Shown: piece after piece, positions 6,833-15,800 of the stretch
Layout: every line of letters starts with the position of its first letter
Numbering within the stretch: the first letter of the stretch is position 1
Source: Folioceros fuciformis
Lineage: Eukaryota
Direction: 5' to 3'
Assembly (NCBI GenBank): GCA_049999805.1
Contig: JBNGIO010005379.1
Span: forward strand, 47,518-67,517
Length of the DNA stretch: 20,000 bases
Program-made: the position numbers and the translations under genes
The notes under the pieces: generated by a model
What the model was told of the DNA's origin: nothing
Seen by the model: only the letters and a program-made list of their open reading frames with translations
The model's database searches: none

Positions 6833-9800
6833 TCATGCGACAGAAGGCCTGAGCACCGGAGTGTCACCTAACACAGGTAACTCTTGCGAACTAGAAGGTT
6901 TGGTAACATTTTCTGGCTCAGCACCGTCATCTTCTTCTTCCTCTTCACTTTCTGTTTCGGCAAAGTAGTCGATGTTGAACTCGGGACCATCGCCTTCAGG
7001 CATTTCTGGTCCGCATTTGTAGTTCTCATGCCATATCTCAAGACCGGCGTTATCTTTCTCAGTTTTGGCGTCCAAGATCTCGAAGGCATCCAGTAGGAAA
7101 AGTCTCTTATCTACCTCTTTCCTTGTGTCCAAGTGCCGGGCTCTGTCAGCAAGTCGGAGTCCAGCATGCCTGGCCTCCCATGCTATTCTGTGTCGCCTCC
7201 GGTCCACATCCAGCAGTATTTCAGCATGATTTTGCCGAATTTGTTGTCTTCTAGCACGTAGTCTAGCCTCCTTTGCGGCTACCGTGTTGTCAGTGAGAAC
7301 TCGCAACGCGGCTCTCCTTTTAGTGGCGTTCAGGTTATCACAGGCCTCACTGAGACTTGCACATACTTGCACTTCTCTTTCGCTCTCAAGAAAAATCTGT
7401 CTTCTTCTCATCCTTTCAGCGGCGGATTTGGCATCAAGGAACGAGTTGAAGGCATGGTTGCATGCGTGGAGCTCCCATTCTGTGGTCTTGTCTACATATC
7501 CAATTTTGGCCTGCAAGAACTGTCTTTTAGCTTCCCTTTCAGCAAGAGCTGCCCTCCTCTTCTGCCTTTGCCTCAATCTGTCGTTGCACAAGCGAGTTTC
7601 TAAATACGGCTCCGCGGGGTCATGCCTGTCCATCAGTTGTCTCTCCTTTTGCCTGGCCAACTGTCGCTTTCTGCAAAGCGTTGCTTCCTTTATCCTTTCA
7701 ATGGATCTTTGTAACTCCTCTTCTTGCAAGGCTTTGCTTTCTTCTGCTCTCCCGTCGTCACCAACTTGCGCCTTCGCTCCGTCATCTTTTTTCTGCTCAT
7801 CCGGCTTGTCAGATTGGATGAGCAGCCCTTGATCTTGAGGAGCAGGAGCAAGAGTAGGAGTGGAAGATCCATTTGCGTACACCTGCTCTTGGGGTGGACC
7901 CTGCAAAGCAGACTCCTCCTGCCCCTCGGGACTAGTAAGCGTGGTTGGCTGTACATCCATTTGGCTGTCAGGTCGCGCCATGTCTTTTGGTTCCGCTGGG
8001 TTCGTCGAATCTATTTCTGCTTGACCTTTTGCTTTGCAGGATTGTAATCTCGTCTTCATGCGTTTCAAGCCTTTGCTGATGTATTCACAGTTTCTAGGAC
8101 AACAGTGTGATGTTATGGCTGTCATTTTCCTTTTAATCCTGCCCTCCACAGGGCTTGAAGCTGATGTAGGGTCAGGCCCAGGACTGCTGGTGATGGTTGA
8201 AGCGTTTTGTACTGTGGGGGTTTTCTCTGTAGATGTGGTCCTACGAGTGTCCATGGGAGCTTGCGCGTTGGCTATAATCTTGTCATTCTCGCTCTTGAAT
8301 CTAAAAGCCTCCAACTCAGGTTCATTTCCTGCTTGTGGTATCTCGTTGAATGATGTACTTTCCCCTTGCTCCTGGGTGCCATCTGCGAGAGACGGTGGTC
8401 CACTGTTTTCAGTAAAATCACCTTTGGAGAATCCAATTCCCTCTTGCTCCTGGCTCCCAATGACGGACGAACGTCCACTCTTGTTCTTGGAGGTTAGATC
8501 ATCCAAGGCCACTAGAACAAAGCGTGCACGTGAAGTGATTGTCTCCTTGGAACCGTCCGCTCCGACGTCTTCAGTTTTGGTCACGGATGCTCTAGCAATC
8601 ATAATTTCGTTGTCTTGAAGGGCAAAGCTGCTCTTCTGCATTGGGGCATTCTTCTCTTCATTCTGCTCTTGATTTTGCACTGGGGCGACCTGCTCTTGAT
8701 TCTGCACTGGGGCACTCTGCTCTCCTTTCTGCGCCGGGGCACCCTGCCCTTCATCTTCTTCCGCACCCTTAGCTCGCGCACCCTCCAAATGACCTTTCAG
8801 GCTAATAGGCAGGCAACAGCTGGATAGTTTGGGTACATGAAGTGACCGACGGGGGCGCTTTGGCTCTTCTTCTAGGCCTTGCACCGAAGAGTCCCTTAGG
8901 TCATCCCCATGGCTGGAGAATGTCCCAAATGCTGACATGCCTGCCCCTGGGGCAACTTCGTGGGGACCTGCTCCCGGGTCTGCTTCTTGGGTCCCTGATG
9001 TCACAAGTGGACCGTGAGCCTGACCTTTACGGATATTTGCAGAGAGCGTCCCTTGTGCTGTTGTGGCTTTGCTATGTTTGCTGTCAGGTAGGTTAGACTC
9101 GATATGGTTGTCATGCATAGACGTGTCTTCCGTTCTGCCGAGTGCTTTTCTCTTAAACGGGTTACAACATGCTCTTCTATCATCCTTTTGAGTGTGAGGC
9201 ACATCCGCTCCTACACTTGCAGCCGGAGTGTCTGGCGCGTTCGACACAGCAGCTGTCTCAACACCGCTTTGGGTTGGTGGTCCAGTGGATGACAAACCAG
9301 GAAGTGGATCAGGCTGTGCGCCTCCTTCCTTACCATCCTCAGCCTGTTTCGTACCCCGGGGTGCCTTTCTTGTGAAGGGGTTGAAGTATGCTTCTCCATC
9401 GTCTTCCTGAGTTGCAGACATATGTGCTCCTGGACTTGCAGCCTGTGTGTCCAATGCCTTTGACACAGAAGCTTTCTCAAAGCTGCCCTGGTTTGTCGGC
9501 CCAATCGATGACCGACCATGAAGTGGATCAGGTTGTGTACCTCCTGCCGGATCCTGAAAAACGTCACCCACTTTCGTACTCTTAGATACTTTTCTTGTGA
9601 AAGGATTGCAGGATGCTCCTCTCCCGCTGTTATCTTTCTGAGTTCCAGACACATCTACTTCTGGACTCACAGGCTGCATGTCCAACGAGTTTGACACAAC
9701 AATTGTCTCGACATTGGCTTCAGTTTCTGGTGTAGAAGAGGGCAAAGTATGAAAGGGATCAAGCTGTGCATCTCTTTCTTCACCACCTTCAATCTCTTTC

Positions 9801-12800
9801 GTACTCCCAGGTCTTTTTCTTGTGAATGGGTTGCACAATACCCCTCCATCATCTTCCTGAGGTCTGGGCACAATTGCTCCTGGACTTGAAGCCTGTGTGT
9901 CCAATGCCTTTGACGCAGAAGTTGTCTCAACTCTACTTTGGTTTATTGGCCCAATCGATGACAAGCCATGAAGTGGATCAGGTTTTGCACCTCGATCCGA
10001 ATCCTGACCGACTTCACCCGCAGTCGTACTCTCAGATGCTCTTCTTGTGAAAGGGTTGCAGGATGCTGCTCTATCGATGTTATCTTTCTGAGTTCCAGAC
10101 ACATCTACTTCTTGACTTGCAGCCTGTATGTTCAACGCGTTTGGCACAACACCTGTCGCAATATTGCCTTGAGTTTCTGGTGTAGAAGATGGCGAAGTAT
10201 GAAAGGGATCTGGCTGTGCATCTCTTTCTTCGCCGCCTTTCATCTCTTTCGTACTTCCGGGTGGTTTTCTTGTAAAGGGGTTGCACCATGCTTTTCCATC
10301 ATCCCTCTGAGTTCCAAGCACACGTGCTCCTGGACTTGCAGCTTCTGTGTCCAACGCCTTTGACGGTTCACGTGTCTCAGTACTGACTAGGTTTGGTCGT
10401 CCAGTGGATGAAAAACCAGAAAATGGATGAGGTTGGATGTCTCGTTCTTGACTACCTTCAGCCTCGTTTGTACTCCTCTTTGCTTTTCTCGTGAAGGGGT
10501 TGCACCATACCCACTTATCATCCTCGTGAGTTCCAATGATATGTGCTCCTCGACTTTCAGCCGGTGTGTCCAGTGTGGTTGACACATCGGCGGATTCAGC
10601 TGTCTGAGCACTGCCTTGGTTTGGTCGTCCAATCGATGGCAAACTAGGAAGTGGATTAGGTGGTATGTCTCCTTCCTGACTACTGATTGTCTCTTGTGTA
10701 CTCATAGGTGCTTTTCTCGTAAATGGGTTGCACCATGCTCTTTCATCATCCTTATGAATTCCAGACACATCTTCTTCTGGACTTGCAGCCGGTGTGTCGA
10801 ACGCGTTTGACAAAGCTTCTGTCTCAACACCGCCTTGATTTGGTGGTCCAGTAGATGACGTACCCGGAAGGAGATTAGGTTTTGATTCTTCCTCCTGACC
10901 ACCTTCGGTCTGTTTCATACTCTTGGGTGTCTTTCTCGTGAAGGGGTTGCACCTTGTTACTCTATCATCTTTTTGTGTTTCGATCACATCTGTTTCTGGA
11001 CTTTCAGCCGGTTTGTCCAATGCGTTTGCGAGAATTGTTGTCTCGACACCGCCTTGGTTTGGTCCTCCATCGGATGGCAAATTAGGAAGTGGATCTCTTT
11101 GTATGTTTCCTTCTTGACCACCTTCAGTTGCAAAGGCCGACGATGCAAACATTGGCATCTGATCGGACTGCAAGTTGCTATCGTGATCTACATCTGATGG
11201 TTGCTGCAGGTTGGTGGATGGTTGAGACAGGAGAGGTGGATTAGCCTGTTGGCTATGTGTCACGCCCTGGTTTTTTGGCCACCCGCTGTTATGCAGATCG
11301 CTACCACTCACCTCAGAAGCTGGCAGGTTTGACTTGTATGCACTTGATTCACGTGTGCTGTCTGTAGGTGCCCCTGCTGTTCTTGCCAAAATGGTTCTCT
11401 CCTCTTTCGTTGTCTCAAAATTTTCACTGTCACTGGATTGATGCGTACGTATGTCAGAAACAGTTTGGTTGTCATGCACACAAATGTCCTTTATGGTTGT
11501 CCTGTGGTCTCTTCTTTTGAAGGGAAAGCAACAGACTTGTTTGTTGACCTCCTGGTGTGGTCGTTCTCCAATCAAAACAGCAAATGCCTGTGTGTTGACA
11601 GGGGATGCATCCACAGCAGCACCAGTTGCCTTCATTATTGCAAAGTCCGGAATGAGTGGTCCTGTGGATGCTAGAGTGGTAGCCTCATCTTGTGGTGCTG
11701 CATCTCCCGTATCACCTTTCTCAGTCAGAGCGCTATCTTCTCCTCTTGTTGAGGGGTAGCAGCGTGATGCTGTTGCGCTATCTCCTCTAGGATCCTGATG
11801 TTCAAGGATCGGAACACATGCAGCTGAAGATAGTGTTCCTTTGGTGAACACAGGTGGGCTTGTGCCAAGAACCTTGTCGACTTTGTCAATCTCCTCATTC
11901 TTGTCTCCTTGTATGCTACTAGCTGCCATGACGCTTTTATCATGTGTTGGTTCCTCTTCTGTTGCGTCAGTTTCATTTGGCTGTACGCCAGCATGTAAAT
12001 TGCTTGATAAGCCAGCAGAGTGAAGGGCACTTGACGCTCTCGAGGTTGAGGCTGCTGGTGATTCTGTTGTCTGAATGATGTCTCCAGTTGGGTCTACCCT
12101 AGTCAATTCTTCTAGAGGTGAAGAGAGGTGATGGATCTGTATTCCATCTGGATCTGCGGAAATTGGGTTGCCATCAGATTTGGTTTGCATATCTCCAGGG
12201 AGCAAAGTCGGAGGTACCTTTTTGTCCACGATAGCTTCCGAGAAAATGGTCGTCGATTTCCTCATCTTAGTAGAATCACTCACGTCTTGATCTTCCAGTG
12301 GGTAAACAGAGGTTTTGTGGTCTTCGAGAAGAATACTGTGTGATTCAAAGAGTACACCCTGTGGAAGTTTGACATCGGTATTTGTTGTTGGCTGTGTTGT
12401 GGGTGCGATTTGCGATGATCTTCCTCTTCCGTTGAGTTCAATTATGCTTTCTATCATAGTTCCTGAGTTGTCCTCCACATCCATGAATATAAAACCTTGC
12501 AAGTTGTCATTCTGGTATGTATCTTGCACTGCTGTCGTGGGTCTTCCTTCATCTGTTATTTGAGAGGCATTATCCATTTTTTCCTTATCAGTACATGGGT
12601 CACGTGTACCGTAGCATTCACTCATCTTCGCTTGGCCTTCATTGGAACCTGAAGGTGGTTCGTCCTCAGGAATAATTGGATCTAAAATGCCCTTAGTTGT
12701 TGTTACTTCATTTGATTTCTGTTGCTCCAATTGATTCTGTATGGGGAGCTCAGGTGTGTATAGGACCTGAGCTTGAGGGGGCTGGACAGACATGGCAAAG

Positions 12801-15800
12801 GCTGAATCAAGGGTGCCCAAAGCTCCATCATCAACTGTCTGATTCTCTAGTATCAGTGTGTTAGAAGGGCAAGCTCCATTAGTATCTGCTTCATTGATGC
12901 TCGGTTTGTCTAGCATTTGCTCAATCTCTGGCACTTGGTTACAAGTGGTTGGGATGTCAGTGGAAGTCCTACTGATCGTGCCCCCTTGAATGCTTTTAGT
13001 AAGCTTCTCCACAAAGCAGAAGGGACAGGGTCCTGGAACTTGACATAAACTTCTGTCTCCCTTCTTGTCTTCGCTTCGTTTAGCAATGCCATCATTACTC
13101 TCTTTGGACGCCTTTCTACAACCATCTCCCTGCTCAGAAGGGGCAACCTCGTTCTGTCCTTTCTCTACGCATGCAAACTCTTGACTCTTGATTTCAGTAG
13201 CTGTCGTGTTCTCTGTGCTCATATGCGGACTCCCGTCTCCCTGTTCTTGTGAGATGTCGGAGGTCAACACCTGGCATGTGGTTTGTTCTCCCTGATGGTG
13301 GTCTTTGCTTAGGTCGGCTGATTCAATATTGCCAGCTCTTGAAGGCGAGCCTTCGCCAAGGAGATTGCCTCCATGGACCTCTCTCTCAATCTTAGCAACT
13401 TCATCATGCCTCCGCTGTGCCGAGTGCATAGCACAATTTTGACTTTTGGGTTCATCACGTGCCCCATGTGTTGTGCTCGTAGAACCCTCGCCAATTCGTG
13501 TGTGACTTGCTTTTGAAACTTGTATACGCGACACACGAGCCTCAGTTTGGTCTTCTTGTGTGTTTAGTAATATGCCTTGTTCACCTATGTTTTCTGCTGA
13601 ATGTAAACTCGTACCGATCTCTGCGGGCACCTCTTTTTTTCCGATAGGTTCCAAGTCCTCACTCTTTTCTGGAGCCAGGTTGATTGAATGTAGTCTAGTG
13701 GGTTCATCAGAACGCAGGTGTGAGCTTCCTTGTACAGGACGACTCGCTGGAATTCCGGTTTGCTTTTTCGGAATGTTTTTAGTCACTGTATCATTCGCTG
13801 GTGAAGCAAACATGGACAAGGTTTTGGTACTATTTCCATGTGGTGAAGGTGTTGATGGCTCTGATGGTGGGACTATGGGTTTTCCAAGGACTTCTGTGTC
13901 CTGTGTAGACTTCTCCTTCTCGTAAGAAGGGGGCGTCGCCATTGCCACTAAAACGAAGTGAGATGTCAGTACGCTGTGAACCATATCTGTGGACGTAATT
14001 GCTTCTGCTATGATTTTGTCAGCTCCTTCGACCTCGGTAGGCAATTTTGGGTCTCCTGAATCAAATGCCGTGGTTGACGTCGAAGCTCTGGCAATCATAT
14101 GTGCCTCATCGTCTTCAATTGCGGCTTCGTTTCTGTACTCGACGAGCGTCTCCTGTCCGTGTTGATTGCGTCCAACTTGATTAGAGATTGTATCGTGACA
14201 TGATGAATCTGATTTTTCCTTGTCCGTAGCCAAAGATAGTCTTGAGTGGCGGTCTGCTCCAATTGTTTGAGGGTCCATGTGCTGAGCACGCTCTATTTCG
14301 GACGATTGCTCTCTTTGGTGAGTACTGGGTCTGTCTGGGATACCATGTCTTCCAAAATTCGCTTCCTTGGCTCCATATACCTGTGGTATGATGTCTATGG
14401 ACGGCTGATGATCATGATCGCTCTCTCTTTTTTGCTTGGTAGTTATTAGCTCAGCATCGTTGCCAGGCGGTGTGGTCTCTTTGGTGCCTTGATGATCGCT
14501 CCCCCTTACTTCTTGCGTATTTAGCTCGTCCGTGTGGCCAGAATGCTGAGGAGTGCCGGAGTCGGCCTGGGTGATACTTTGTCTCCCAGTCTTGTAGAAG
14601 GAGCTACTCACTTTAAGCAGACCACCCTCAGTGATAGATAGGCCAGAGATAGAGAAACGTGGCTGCATTTCCTTACTATCAAGCTCAAGAATAGGCATGG
14701 GTACTGGACTGGTGCCTGGTTTGCTTTCCCCGGCTTGCTGAGCTCCGAAGGATATCTGGACAATCTCGTCCATGTTCACGTTGTCACTCTTCTTCTGGTC
14801 ACTCTTCACGTGGTCTCTGCCTGGCGGTTTTTGTAACATGTGATGGAGAGGAGAAACCTCTGAAACTGCTCTCTCACCTTCAGAGGCACGTTGGAGAATG
14901 GGTTTCTCTTTATCATTGACCCCAGAAAATGCGGTTTCTAATGACTTCGCACGTAGTGCGGGCCTCATCTGCGTGCTAGAACGCATGATCCTGCTTCCTT
15001 GAGAAGAGCCGGCATCCTGCCTTGGTACCGTGCTGCTTTGTTCAACCTCATGCAGTCTGGGCACAATTGCTGCATGCTGCTTCTCATGTTCTTCACCTGT
15101 TGTTGTTTTGTGACTTGCTTGTTCCAAAGTTTTGCACCCTGAGTATGCAATTCGCACACCACTGTGGAAGGCCATGGCAACATGATGTCCGCCAGATTCC
15201 ATCTTCTCAACTAATATTGCGTCGGCCCTTGAGGCAATGCCAGGTTCAGCACCCTGATGCGTCGCAGTGTGACAAGTTAGTTGCCCAGTTATGCAAGACT
15301 CGCTCGTCTTTCTTAATCTTGTTGACGAGTAGTGATTTCCCGAGCTGGCTCTGCTACGCAGGTTACTTGTGTTCATGGTAGAAGTAATGTGCTCTCTATC
15401 GAGATGGTTCATGTCTTGTGTGCTTGCATTATGGTATGCGGACTCGAGTAACTGTGAATCCAGGAGTGTGGATCTTTCTTTTTTGGGAAATTTAGAGAGA
15501 AGACCATCGCTGGGACTTGTCTCGCCATAAGATCCGTCCCGGATGATCCCTCTCGACAAAGTGGGCTCAGTGGATGATATCGAGCGCTTGCCACCCATGG
15601 TCTCTCGCTGGGCTGTCGTGTTCCGTGAAACGGACAATGAAGGTTCCTGGCCTCCTCGCAAGTTAACACTGCGGCCTGCTTGACTTGTGCCCTCGGGACC
15701 ATCTACCTCAGACTTTGAAGACCTCTTTGTACCATTCGATGAAAGGCTAGAGCTGTCGGGATTCAAACTTGGCAACATGGTCCCGGATGTTGAAGGTATA

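Noticed and set aside
8490-8545. ITSRARFVLVALDD resembling the last strand of hotdog-fold acyl-CoA thioesterases
   Set aside because: It is only one short strand in a disordered context, and the rest of the fold is absent.
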